Positions 36,480 to 45,333 of a DNA stretch of 52,500 bases are shown piece after piece. The stretch comes from a virus. Position 1 is the first letter of the stretch; each line of letters starts with the position of its first letter. Location: the UHGV virus genome UHGV-0197997; one strand, given 5' to 3'. The notes below the pieces were generated by a model. That model did no database searches. It was given only the letters and a program-made list of their open reading frames with translations, and was not told where the DNA came from. Both the position numbers and the translations under genes were made by a program.

Positions 36480-37422
36480 GGCTCACCCCCTGCATGCTTT
36501 CAACCAGTCCACCAGCAATAGCGATGATTTCACTGGTGGGCATACGCTCCAGCCAGAGCTGGTTAATATGTGCTTTCAGCCTGTTTTGATGGGACAACTC
36601 CATCCCTTCAGCTCCTTCAACCTGTCGAAACAACAGCCCTACTTCCAATGGCCAGATACGTGATTCCGTCGCCGGTAATTCCACAGGCGCTGCAGGTGGT
36701 TCTACTGCCGCCGCCGGCGCTGTTACTTGTGCTGGAATATTGCCAACAGCAAACTGCGCCAGCCTCATGAATGCATGACCCTTAGCTTCCAGATCGGACC
36801 GGTGGATATAGCTGAAACGCTCGCCTCGCCATGACTTATCAAACACAACAATGGCACCAGCGAAAAATGCGCTGGTGGGCTTTTGCTTATCATCAGCAGG
36901 GATAAACCACGAAGGTAGATCGAATCCAATTCGACCACGAATAAACATGATGTGATCAGCATCTTCCGGCCACCATGTTTCGCTTGTTGCTGACTTCACA
37001 AGGTAAATGTAGCGACCGCCCTTTTCACGCTGCTCAGTGGTATAGTTCATGATATGAGCCATGCCGGTGATGGCTTGTTTTTCATGGTACTGCGAGCGAC
37101 TGTACGGCGGGTTAGCAAAGGCCGCGCCGCCGAGTTCTACCAGGCGACCTGACCAGTCCTGCGTCAGCGCATTGTCTTCAGCGGTGTACCATGCCGGGCA
37201 TTTTGCGTTGCTTTCGTCAGCGAACAGATCCAGAACCAACGGACCGAACATCGCGTTGATCCCCCAGAACAGTAGATCCGGAGTACGCCATTGATCCCCT
37301 ACATCTTTCAGGTAATGGGCGCTGCACTGGCGCTGTTCTTCAAGAGCCAGGCAATAAGGGCTGACAGTCTTAGCTTCGGTATTTTCTTCTTCGATCATCA
37401 TGTCCTGCACTTCCTGGATCAT
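36472..37422 (-). CDS. DNA N6-adenine methyltransferase (phage Dam-like)
   Basis: NPPY motif (FANPPYSRS); overlaps C5-MTase start. Confidence 0.7.
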   Translation of the reverse strand: MIQEVQDMMIEEENTEAKTVSPYCLALEEQRQCSAHYLKDVGDQWRTPDLLFWGINAMFGPLVLDLFADESNAKCPAWYTAEDNALTQDWSGRLVELGGAAFANPPYSRSQYHEKQAITGMAHIMNYTTEQREKGGRYIYLVKSATSETWWPEDADHIMFIRGRIGFDLPSWFIPADDKQKPTSAFFAGAIVVFDKSWRGERFSYIHRSDLEAKGHAFMRLAQFAVGNIPAQVTAPAAAVEPPAAPVELPATESRIWPLEVGLLFRQVEGAEGMELSHQNRLKAHINQLWLERMPTSEIIAIAGGLVESMQGVSHA

Positions 37423-37591
37423 AGATTTCCCCTGCGCTGGTCTGCTCGTACAAGTGCCCTCAGAAACCAGTAACGACGGTCAAAGCTAAACAGGCCCCTG
37501 GTGAGTAACGCAAAATTTCTGCGGAATAAAACATCGTGTCGCCACCAGGTTCGCCAGTGATTGAGCCGGAGGTGGCGGCGGATCGTTCTAA

Positions 37592-38053
37592 TTAATCGGA
37601 GCACAGGTCACCTCCGCAGTAATTACCTGCCAGCATAGAAATTCCGCTGGAATTCATCCCACTTTTGGCATTGCGTACACACTGATTTTTCATCCGCATA
37701 TAACGCTCTCTGGATTTAACGCTGCAGTTTGAATCGCACAGCTGCTGCCAGACCGTCGCCGCCCGGCGGAAGTAGCGCCGGCTTTCCAGGCTCCTCGCCA
37801 CCAGTTCCAGATTGCGCATTGCTTCGGAGGTATCCTCTGGCTGATTTTGATCATTTCCGTCAGGGTTACCGGCGACACGATAACGAAATACACTCGACGT
37901 TTGGGCGCTCGCCAGACGGCCCTCGTAATACAGGCGGTGTACCGCGTTCTTCACAGACATGGGGTTGCACTGAGGGAATGCTGCAATGATGTCCCGCATC
38001 ATCACCCCTGGGTTTTTCTCGATAAACTCGAATGCCGATTTCGCAATAATCAT
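37592..38053 (-). CDS. Hypothetical protein downstream of replication initiator
   Basis: Start taken at ATG (MIIAKSAFEF) overlapping upstream stop; no ATPase motifs. Confidence 0.4.
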   Translation of the reverse strand: MIIAKSAFEFIEKNPGVMMRDIIAAFPQCNPMSVKNAVHRLYYEGRLASAQTSSVFRYRVAGNPDGNDQNQPEDTSEAMRNLELVARSLESRRYFRRAATVWQQLCDSNCSVKSRERYMRMKNQCVRNAKSGMNSSGISMLAGNYCGGDLCSD

Positions 38054-38961
38054 CCCCGGAACCCCGCTGGAATTGTGTTTTGTACCGGACTTACTGAATT
38101 GATATCTCGTGGCTTGTTTTTGTCCCAAGCCTCTCTTGGCGGCCGGCCTTTAGCATCCCAGCGGATAGCGCTTTGCAGATAGCCTTCGAATTTTTTTGGG
38201 CCAAAGAGCGTCTCAGGTCGCATGTACTGGTATTGCTCGTCGTTTTCATGCCAGTGCTCATGCTTCAGGTCGATAACCAGTTTCAGGTCGCTGACGGCAT
38301 GTCCATCGCGTAGACGGGCACGGATGTTTTCCAGGGAGGATTTTGATTTCTGGAAACGGGAACCGCTGACCTGGTTCAGGTGGGCCAGAACTTCGATCGC
38401 ATGATCGGTAATAACCACTTCAGGATCCGTCTTATCGTCGGGATCCGCAGGAACCCGACAAGAAGGTTTTTTAGATGACGGATCTAATGACGGATCTAAT
38501 GACGGATCGCCTTCAACCATTGAGGGGTCCCCCGTCAATATTTGAGGTGGTGCAGACCCATTATTTGAGGCCTCAGATTTTGACCCTTCAAATTTTGAAC
38601 CCTCAATTTCTGAGGCCTCAAATTTTGATTGCTCCTTAGGAGGTGAATAGAAAAGTTTTGCCTCTGCAGCTGCACGCTCCAGCATGTCTACGTTGAGTTT
38701 GTAGACGTTCGAGTTATTCTTCCCACCAACCCGGCGCTCTTGTTTCTTCAGCCACCCTTTTGCTTCCAGCTTTTTAATAGCACTGCGTACGGTGTTCTCA
38801 CTCTTAGCACCGATCTGGCGCTGAATTGTCGTTACCGCGGGCCAGGACACGCCTTCATCGTTACTGAAGTCAGCCAGGCGGGCCATGACCGCTATTTCGG
38901 ATATGATCAGGCCTTTGAAAGCACATGCTTCCCAAACCAGACCGTGCAATTTACTGCTCAT
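38050..38961 (-). CDS. Replication initiator (O-like; N-terminal winged helix, conserved phage C-terminal domain)
   Basis: C-terminal LNQVSGSRFQ...IRARLRDGH...LKLVIDLKHEHW...YMRPETLFGPKKFEGY pattern; low-complexity repeat linker; SD GAGGG. Confidence 0.7.
   Translation of the reverse strand: MSSKLHGLVWEACAFKGLIISEIAVMARLADFSNDEGVSWPAVTTIQRQIGAKSENTVRSAIKKLEAKGWLKKQERRVGGKNNSNVYKLNVDMLERAAAEAKLFYSPPKEQSKFEASEIEGSKFEGSKSEASNNGSAPPQILTGDPSMVEGDPSLDPSLDPSSKKPSCRVPADPDDKTDPEVVITDHAIEVLAHLNQVSGSRFQKSKSSLENIRARLRDGHAVSDLKLVIDLKHEHWHENDEQYQYMRPETLFGPKKFEGYLQSAIRWDAKGRPPREAWDKNKPRDINSVSPVQNTIPAGFRG
38468..38630. repeat. Iteron-like direct/palindromic repeats inside replication gene (candidate ori)
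   Basis: 3 x 12-nt tandem repeat at 38468-38505 and ~5 copies of a TCAAA(A)TTTGA(G/A)G-like motif at ~21-bp spacing (38540-38630). Confidence 0.45.
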
Positions 38962-39130
38962 GGCTGCCCTCTACTTCCCTGAACTTACGTTTGAACTGAT
39001 CGAGTGGGCTAAAGCACTCATGGGGATACCCTTCTCGCAGGAAGATGACACGCTGCGTTTCTGGCTCCCAGCGGATGACCTTGACGGGCTTACCGTAGTG
39101 GTCTTTGAACTTCCGGTTAACTTCTCGCAT
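38951..39130 (-). CDS. Small ORF upstream of replication initiator (frame uncertain)
   Basis: 59-codon ORF with AAGG upstream; alternative frame ORF 38971-39318 in track; cannot decide without homology. Confidence 0.25.
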   Translation of the reverse strand: MREVNRKFKDHYGKPVKVIRWEPETQRVIFLREGYPHECFSPLDQFKRKFREVEGSHEQ

Positions 39131-39302
39131 AACGCCTTAGCCCTCCGGTTAAAGACCCCCACAACTCCACGCGCCCTACTGTGGTTACATTCGACCCACT
39201 TTCCGCCTACCATGCGCTCATACCGAAACGACGAAACACCCGGGACCGGGTACATCCGTAGTTGCGGTAAGTGAAGATTTACGATTAAATTGCTCATGCG
39301 GA

Positions 39303-39854
39303 TCATTTCTCCATACACGTTGATTTATCTGCCACGACGCCCGGAGCTGCACACTCGCGGGCGTCACTCTTTTCTGGCTGACAGAAGACGCGGAAAAGCA
39401 ACGTCAGATGTTCCTGCCATTTCGCCATCACCTGATAGCTGTTCTCCTCAATCTGCTCGCGTTCGGCCTGGTCAATAACACCGTCAGCTGTAGCTTTACG
39501 GAGATATTGCGAGTGCTTTCCGATCCACTCGATAGACTCCATCAGGCGATGGTTAATATCGGCGTTGTCCACATCATCAATATCTGCCAGCGGTACAAAG
39601 ACCCCGTTCGAGTGGCGCGCTATCGCATTGGCGATATGATTTGACCCACCAGCCCGCTGCAGGACCATTGCCCATCCGAGAGGAAAAATCTGATCTCCAT
39701 CGGCACGTAAGCGGTTAAACAATGCGTTTTCAGTAACACCCAGCCATTCCGCTGCTTCTACATAGCCGCCGTCCAAATCAGTGATCGTTTTTTTAATCGC
39801 AGCTACCAGCCAAGCCGGCTGCTTATCAACTTTCCATTCTGGTTCTATACCCAC
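39303..39854 (-). CDS. Regulatory protein at cII position (CP76/YdaT-like by memory)
   Basis: First gene after cro-like gene in early-right operon. Confidence 0.4.
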   Translation of the reverse strand: MGIEPEWKVDKQPAWLVAAIKKTITDLDGGYVEAAEWLGVTENALFNRLRADGDQIFPLGWAMVLQRAGGSNHIANAIARHSNGVFVPLADIDDVDNADINHRLMESIEWIGKHSQYLRKATADGVIDQAEREQIEENSYQVMAKWQEHLTLLFRVFCQPEKSDARECAAPGVVADKSTCMEK

Positions 39855-39882
39855 GGCTTACCCCCTACCTCTGTGGTTTCTG

Positions 39883-40113
39883 TTACACCCCTGAAGCGCT
39901 ATCGTTCTGATTAGCACCCTCGCCATAGAGCAACCAATGAGGATCGCAATGCAGGGCTGAAGATAATTCAATGATGTAACGGGGCCTCTTTGTTAAACCC
40001 GCCTCGATCGCTTGTAATGACTGCTGGGTCATTCCGACCAATTCAGCCAATTGCGCTTGTGAGAGATTCATCTCTTCACGTTTATTCTTTAATCTTTGAG
40101 AAATTGATTCCAT
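39883..40113 (-). CDS. cro: Cro-like HTH-XRE repressor
   Basis: 76 aa HTH (LSQAQLAELVGMTQQSLQAIE); divergent from cI across operator region; SD GGAGG. Confidence 0.75.
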   Translation of the reverse strand: MESISQRLKNKREEMNLSQAQLAELVGMTQQSLQAIEAGLTKRPRYIIELSSALHCDPHWLLYGEGANQNDSASGV

Positions 40114-40122
40114 AACACCTCC

Positions 40123-40181
40123 ACAGTTTTATCTGTATTTTTGAACAGATACTACTGTTTGTCAATCACAGTTTAAACTGT
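40123..40181. promoter_or_regulatory. OR-like operator cluster: three ACAG-N6-CTGT palindromes
   Basis: Sites at 40123-40136, 40145-40158, 40168-40181 (22-23 bp spacing) between cro and cI. Confidence 0.65.
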
Positions 40182-40210
40182 GACCATGAGGCCATGGGAA
40201 TGGAGGAGCT

Positions 40211-40843
40211 ATGAGCCTTGCAGAACGCGTAAAGCAAAAAAGAATCGAACTTGGTCTTACTCAAGAGCAAGCCGCTGAAAAGGCAGGAATAAGGCAACAA
40301 TCATGGGCCAGCATTGAAGATGGAAAAACTAAAAAGCCTCGCAACATTGTAGGAATAAGCAAAGCACTTAAGTGCGACCCAACATGGTTGATGAACGGTG
40401 GGCCTTTTATGGCTCTTGCCGATGTGAATTCAAGGAAAGTACCTTTGATCAGTTACGTCCAGGCTGGGGCATTAGCAGAAAAACACCCAATTGATGCATT
40501 TGATGGTAGCTTCGAATACATCATGACAGACCTTGATATTTCTGAGTTTACTTTTGCACTAAGGATAGAAGGTGATTCAATGGAGCCTGACTTTAAAGAA
40601 GGCGACATTATCATTGTCGATCCAGAGTTAGAGCCCGTTCCGGGCGAGTTTGTTGTTGCTAAAAATGGTGATAATGAGGCAACTTTTAAAAAGTACCGTC
40701 CTACATTTACCGATATTTCAGGCCGCCAGCAATATGAACTGGTCCCCCTTAATGACGACTACCCCACCATCAATAGCTCTGAATGCCCGTTGAAAATTAT
40801 CGGCGTAATGGTCGAACATAGAATTTACAGGCGAAAAAGGTAA
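40211..40843 (+). CDS. cI: CI-like repressor (HTH-XRE plus S24 LexA-type peptidase domain)
   Basis: N-terminal HTH; C-terminal GDSMEP motif and downstream Lys region typical of S24 autopeptidases. Confidence 0.85.
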   Translation: MSLAERVKQKRIELGLTQEQAAEKAGIRQQSWASIEDGKTKKPRNIVGISKALKCDPTWLMNGGPFMALADVNSRKVPLISYVQAGALAEKHPIDAFDGSFEYIMTDLDISEFTFALRIEGDSMEPDFKEGDIIIVDPELEPVPGEFVVAKNGDNEATFKKYRPTFTDISGRQQYELVPLNDDYPTINSSECPLKIIGVMVEHRIYRRKR

Positions 40844-40858
40844 ATCCTTCCTCACATG

Positions 40859-40881
40859 AACCGGCTAGCGCCGGTTTTTTT
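40859..40881 (+). terminator. Rho-independent terminator after cI
   Basis: CCGGC-TAGC-GCCGG followed by TTTTTTT. Confidence 0.7.
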
Positions 40882-40942
40882 ACGTCTTTAGTTTCATAAA
40901 AAACAATAAATTACAGTTTTTCAAGTAAACACCCCCACTCAA

Positions 40943-40990
40943 TACAGTTTTGACTGTTGACGAATTAACAGTTTTATCTGTATTATTAAT
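40943..40990 (+). promoter_or_regulatory. OL/pL-like operator-promoter region
   Basis: Two further ACAG-N6-CTGT sites (40943-40956, 40967-40980) flanking TTGACG with AT-rich -10 candidates. Confidence 0.5.
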
Positions 40991-41093
40991 CCATCAACAG
41001 CGAACAGGCAGGACGCCCACGAAGTAGCCGCCCGGGGCATACGAAGGCCGGGATGATTCGCAGGTATGAAAAAAGCGCCCCGTAGGACGCTTA

Positions 41094-41106
41094 GCTCTTT
41101 AACAAT
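41094..41106 (+). promoter_or_regulatory. boxA-like element in early-left leader
   Basis: GCTCTTTAACAAT matches rrn-type boxA core as recalled; lies in GC-rich leader downstream of pL-like promoter. Confidence 0.35.
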
Positions 41107-41145
41107 CTGGATGCCCCAACACGTTAACCAACTGAATGGAGGCCT

Positions 41146-41341
41146 TATGAAGGCAACTGAACCAAAAATCATTGCTCCTAGCAGCACCGAGGAAGAGGTC
41201 ATCTCCTGGATGGAACGGAAAATTAGTGCATCACATCGGCTTAAAACCGCAATCGCCGAAAGAGAAGCTCTTAAGCAGTCAATCGAAGTGGTCGATCAAC
41301 TCATTGACGAACTCACCATCGCTGCGGCTTTGGAATTGTGA
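41146..41341 (+). CDS. Hypothetical small protein, 65 aa (first early-left gene)
   Basis: ATG preceded by GGAGG; track start at 41066 lacks an SD and would cover the boxA-like element; no Arg-rich N-like motif. Confidence 0.45.
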
Positions 41342-41759
41342 GATACAGATCTGGATCCCACTCTTCCTCTCGTATTTCAGCGAAGTAGTGTTCAGCTCGG
41401 TCAGCTAAATAATTTTTGAGAACACGTTGAGCCAGATCCGGAAGGTTTTCAAATTTTAATTCTTCCTGAAGGAGGAATACGGACTCCTGCAGGGTCAAAG
41501 CCTTTATTTCAGATAATGGCCATTTGTACTTTTGAAGGATCAAGTGCAACAAAGCGAGTTTTCCGGGTAACGGGCTCCATAAGGTTCCGTGTTTTTCACG
41601 ATGTCGCTCAAGTAGGACTTCAAGTGCAAATACGAGTGAAGCACGATTTTTGACCTGGGAATAGCCGGGTTCAGTAACTGAACCAAACACTGCTATACCG
41701 TGTAGTTCGGAAAGATTATTAAGAATTTTCTGGAAAAATTCTTCGCTAATAACACTCAT
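41313..41759 (-). CDS. Hypothetical protein (antisense insert in early-left region)
   Basis: ATG preceded by AGAGGTG; opposite orientation to surrounding operon; direct repeats CCCCAACAAC upstream. Confidence 0.5.
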   Translation of the reverse strand: MSVISEEFFQKILNNLSELHGIAVFGSVTEPGYSQVKNRASLVFALEVLLERHREKHGTLWSPLPGKLALLHLILQKYKWPLSEIKALTLQESVFLLQEELKFENLPDLAQRVLKNYLADRAEHYFAEIREEEWDPDLYLTIPKPQRW

Positions 41760-43208
41760 AGCAACACCTCTTCGTTGTTGGGGATATCCAGATTAACCGA
41801 ATCCTTGTTGTTGGGGAATAACCAGGATCCACCTCGCCTGATGTGGTGAAAAGCAGGCACATAAAGTGGCAGGTGTCTTCGGGAGGGGTAACAGAGGTGC
41901 GGCCTGATTAACCGCAACTCATAGTAAAATTCCTACAACTGGTGGCGATACCCAAGCCAGGAATGCCGAAAACCAGTAGGAGTGTTAAGGACAAGGGCTC
42001 ATCACCACCTTAGCACCCCGCCCGAAGATACCTGAACGAACATGGCGAAAGCCGACAGCGTTGAAGGCGATTTTCTCGGTTTGCGCGCTAAACAATAGCG
42101 GGGGTGAAATCGGGGCGGAGAAGCAGAATCCGCGATGTCGGGACTTGATACTTCCGGCCATACCAACAAGCCGAATGATCGCGTAACGGTCCTTTGCATC
42201 TGCCCCGGCGAGGTGGCGCCGCCGGACCGGGGTAGATGAATCGTACCCAACATGAAAGCGCATTCCATCTTCCATCGGTCGTGGGGACTGGTTTGTCACT
42301 GAAGGAGTGCGCTTCCAGTTGTGAACGGCAATATTCGCAACCGTTGTATGGCACATGCAGCGTCAGCGGCCTGAGAGTTCCCTTTATCCATGCGCTCACA
42401 GGACAACCGGAAATGTGCAAGCTAAGTGTTTCAGGCACGACGTGCGCCCCACCAGCGCGGCGAAAAGGTGTGACACCCGGGAAGAGTTCGTTCGGGACAC
42501 AACAGGAAAGAGCACTGAAGATGCCAGGAAACGCCCTACCGCCAGGCAGACAGACGGGTTATCCCGCAAGGGGTGGCGGCAGTGCTCTTACCGTTGTGGT
42601 GTAGCTCAAATGGATAGAGCGCCCCTCGTATGGGGAGTTGAGCACTAACCAATGTTCGCAACACAGGTTATCTCATGCGGTCCGGCCGGACGTTATGCGG
42701 GTTCGACTCCCGCCACCACAGCGCACAACGATGAGGGCTCTGACGAGCAAGGCACAGAGTCTGGTTCGATTCCAGACGCCAGGATAGTTCGATATCTGGT
42801 GATGGGCAGGGAAAAGGTCCGTTCGATTCGGACACCGGCAGTGCCCTCTTCGTTGTGGTAATTGCGGCTATGCGCACCCAGCGAGCCAAACCGTTCAATG
42901 AATGCGTTTCTGGGCAGTGTACGCCTCCGGTTATGGCTTAACCCGGCAGGTGGAGGCACCACCGCCACAACCTAGTTAACTGTGCTGTGTGTAGTCTTGG
43001 CGGTTATCCAGTTTTCCACTACCCAAAGGAGGAAGAGGATAACGTTCTGATGGGTAACCGCCCTTTTTACACAAGACAAAAGAGCATCACCGGGCGACGG
43101 GCTCATAACCCAATCCACCCGGGCGGCTGCTAACCGCAGATGCTCTTCTGTGTTGTGTATGGAGAAAATTCCGGCGGTTGCAGCCGCCTTTCATGAGGGT
43201 AAAAAACC
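41760..43208. other. GC-rich ~1.45 kb region without credible coding ORFs, containing tRNA-like fragments (candidate structured RNA or decayed tRNA locus)
   Basis: Only mutually overlapping ORFs in many frames with Arg/Cys-rich translations and no SD-start contexts; tRNA-like motifs at 42595-42841. Confidence 0.5.
42595..42721 (+). ncRNA. Split tRNA-like element (acceptor and D-arm, ~75-nt insert, T-arm and acceptor)
   Basis: 5' TGTGGTG-TA-GCTC-AAATGGATA-GAGC; 3' GCGGG-TTCGACT-CCCGC-CACCACA-G with fully complementary acceptor strands; intervening region lacks a canonical anticodon arm. Confidence 0.35.
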
Positions 43209-43580
43209 ATGAGTAATGATCGCATGACAGTCGTGCCCGATTTCCTGGGCGAGCTCGATGCCGGCGTGTTCATGAATAAGATTGCGGCGGCTCTCAATAC
43301 CACCGCGCTCGGCGTTCTGAACAACGGCAATAAAGGCAAGGTAGTCCTCACCTTTGATTTTGAGCGTATGGGCAACTCCGTTGAAGAGAAGCGCGTCAAG
43401 ATTAAGCATCGCCTGAATTACAGCACCCCTACCCCACGCGGCAAAGCGTCCGAAGAGGACACCACCGAAACACCTATGTGGGTCAACAAAGGCGGCAAGC
43501 TCACCATCCTGCAGGAAGATCAGGGTCAGCTGTTCGGCATCACCGGCACGGTGGATGGAAAGCTTAAAGCGGCTCAGTGA
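43209..43580 (+). CDS. Hypothetical early protein, 123 aa
   Basis: ATG preceded by GAGGGT; first gene after non-coding block. Confidence 0.5.
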   Translation: MSNDRMTVVPDFLGELDAGVFMNKIAAALNTTALGVLNNGNKGKVVLTFDFERMGNSVEEKRVKIKHRLNYSTPTPRGKASEEDTTETPMWVNKGGKLTILQEDQGQLFGITGTVDGKLKAAQ

Positions 43581-43636
43581 TCCGCACCAACAAATTCACT
43601 GATACCACTTCGCTCATCAGTTAATAAGGAATTTCT

Positions 43637-44464
43637 ATGTCTCAGTTAGACAGCGGTACTTTTCAGCAGGTTAAAGAACTGGTGCTTTCCGGTTATCACC
43701 TGAACGATATCCCCGGCCTGGCCTGCCCGACGACTATTTTGCCGGATGGCACTACCGTAGCAAGCCTTGAACGTTTCGCCCTGGAACGTTTCCGTTTCCG
43801 TGGGGCAATGGACACGACCAGCATTGATGATTTCGTTCGCTATTCCGTCGCTTATGCCCAGGAAGAAGAAAAAGCACGTTGCTTTATCGATGCAGACAAC
43901 ATGCTGGCGCGTTCCATCTTCAATATCGGCACGCTTGATAACCCAGGCCACGCTGATAACGTAGCTTCGATCAAACTGAAAAAAACCGCCCCTTTCTGGG
44001 CATTGCTCGCAATCAATGGCGATCGCCTGAGCCAGAAACAAATTGCTGAATGGCTCGAAGACTGGAGCGATTTCTTGCTCGCTTTCGATGCTGAAGGGCA
44101 AACCATGGATATCTCCAAAGCTGCACAGGCTGTTCGTCGGGTGACTATCCAGCAGACTAATCAGGCCGACCACGAAGATAGTGATTTCGCTGGTAGAAAA
44201 TCGCTGATGCAAAGTGTAGAAGCGAGCAGCAAAGATGTAATGCCGGTCGCTTTCGAATTTAAATGCATCCCCTACGAAGGCCTGGGCGAACGCCGCTTTA
44301 GTCTTCGTAACAGCCTACTTAAAAGTGGCGAACCCGTATTTGTGCTGCGGATTGTTCAACTCGAAGCGCAGGAAGAAGAAATGGCTAATGAATTCCGCGA
44401 TTTGTTGATTGCTCAGTTCGACGACAAGCCGGTGGAAACCTTTATCGGCAACTTCAAAGCCTAA
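43637..44464 (+). CDS. Hypothetical early protein (DUF2303/YfdQ-like by memory)
   Basis: ATG preceded by AAGGA; 275 aa. Confidence 0.4.
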   Translation: MSQLDSGTFQQVKELVLSGYHLNDIPGLACPTTILPDGTTVASLERFALERFRFRGAMDTTSIDDFVRYSVAYAQEEEKARCFIDADNMLARSIFNIGTLDNPGHADNVASIKLKKTAPFWALLAINGDRLSQKQIAEWLEDWSDFLLAFDAEGQTMDISKAAQAVRRVTIQQTNQADHEDSDFAGRKSLMQSVEASSKDVMPVAFEFKCIPYEGLGERRFSLRNSLLKSGEPVFVLRIVQLEAQEEEMANEFRDLLIAQFDDKPVETFIGNFKA

Positions 44465-44605
44465 TTCAAAGCCTTATTGCTCAGCCTTAAATACCCGCAG
44501 CTGCGGGTATTTATTGAAGCGTAATCCTGTAATTAATCGCCACCTGGCGAGGGATTCCTACACCCAAAAATCAGCGCTGTGCAGGCGTAAAGTATGGAGA
44601 AAAAA

Positions 44606-45133
44606 ATGAGCTTTATTCAAACCTTTGCAGGTAAACATTTTAACTATCTCGATATCCAGCAAGATGCCATCGAGATAGAAGATATCGCTAATGCCCTCTC
44701 GAATATCTGCCGTTTCGCTGGCCACCTGCCTGAGTTTTATAGCGTTGGGCAGCACAGTGTTTTAACGAGCTATCTGGTGCCTCAGGAATTTGCGCTTGAA
44801 GCGCTGCTGCATGACGCCGCCGAGGCATATTTGCAGGATATCCCTGCCCCATTGAAACGCCTCCTTCCTGACTACCGCGCCATTGAAGATCAGGTTGATG
44901 CAGCTATTCGCCAAAAATTCGGCCTGCCAGCTGAGCAGCACCCGACCGTTAAATATGCCGACCTGGTGATGCTGGCCAGCGAACGTCGCGACTTTGAGAT
45001 CGACGACGGCACCCACTGGCCGATGCTCGACGGCATTATTCCTACCGACCAGTTTGTGATTAACCCCGTCCGCCCGGGCCAGTCTTACGGCATGTTCATG
45101 AATCGCTTTAACCAGCTAATGGAGCGGCGTTAA
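44606..45133 (+). CDS. HD-domain phosphohydrolase (YfdR-like 5'-deoxynucleotidase)
   Basis: HD signature context (GQHSV ... LLHDAAEAYLQD); start at ATG after SD GGAG. Confidence 0.55.
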   Translation: MSFIQTFAGKHFNYLDIQQDAIEIEDIANALSNICRFAGHLPEFYSVGQHSVLTSYLVPQEFALEALLHDAAEAYLQDIPAPLKRLLPDYRAIEDQVDAAIRQKFGLPAEQHPTVKYADLVMLASERRDFEIDDGTHWPMLDGIIPTDQFVINPVRPGQSYGMFMNRFNQLMERR

Positions 45134-45333
45134 TGACACATATGAAAGTGAAAGAGTTAGTTGCTGCAGCTAATGCTGCGGCACCTGACTTTCCACCAGC
45201 AGCAGCCCAATTAATGCGTGATCTCGCGTCAAGGCTGGATGTGACCTTCGTTGCCCTTACCGAGGCGATGGATCAGAACACAGCTATGGCTGCTTTGCTA
45301 TCAAACCAGAGCGGAGCTTGCAGCAATGGCTAA
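45133..45333 (+). CDS. Hypothetical small protein, 66 aa
   Basis: ATG overlapping upstream stop (TAATG). Confidence 0.4.
   Translation: MTHMKVKELVAAANAAAPDFPPAAAQLMRDLASRLDVTFVALTEAMDQNTAMAALLSNQSGACSNG

Noticed and set aside
38468-38630. Tandem repeats as a possible CRISPR-like array
   Set aside because: Repeats lie inside a coding sequence, have no unique spacers of regular length, and no cas genes are present; iterons fit better
38971-39318. Track ORF of 115 aa with Ser-rich C-terminus upstream of the replication gene
   Set aside because: Low-complexity tail and an alternative overlapping 59-codon ORF in another frame; the true frame cannot be decided without homology, so only a low-confidence small ORF is reported
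41066-41341. Longer version of the first early-left ORF starting at 41066
   Set aside because: No SD upstream of 41066 and it would cover the boxA-like leader; the internal ATG at 41146 has a GGAGG SD
41985-42968. Track ORFs of 88-123 aa on both strands in the GC-rich block (41985-42356, 42088-42438, 42236-42604, 42355-42648, 42652-42861, 42668-42898, 42693-42968)
   Set aside because: They overlap each other in several frames, have Arg/Cys/Pro-rich low-complexity translations and lack SD-start contexts; this pattern fits GC-rich non-coding DNA better than genes
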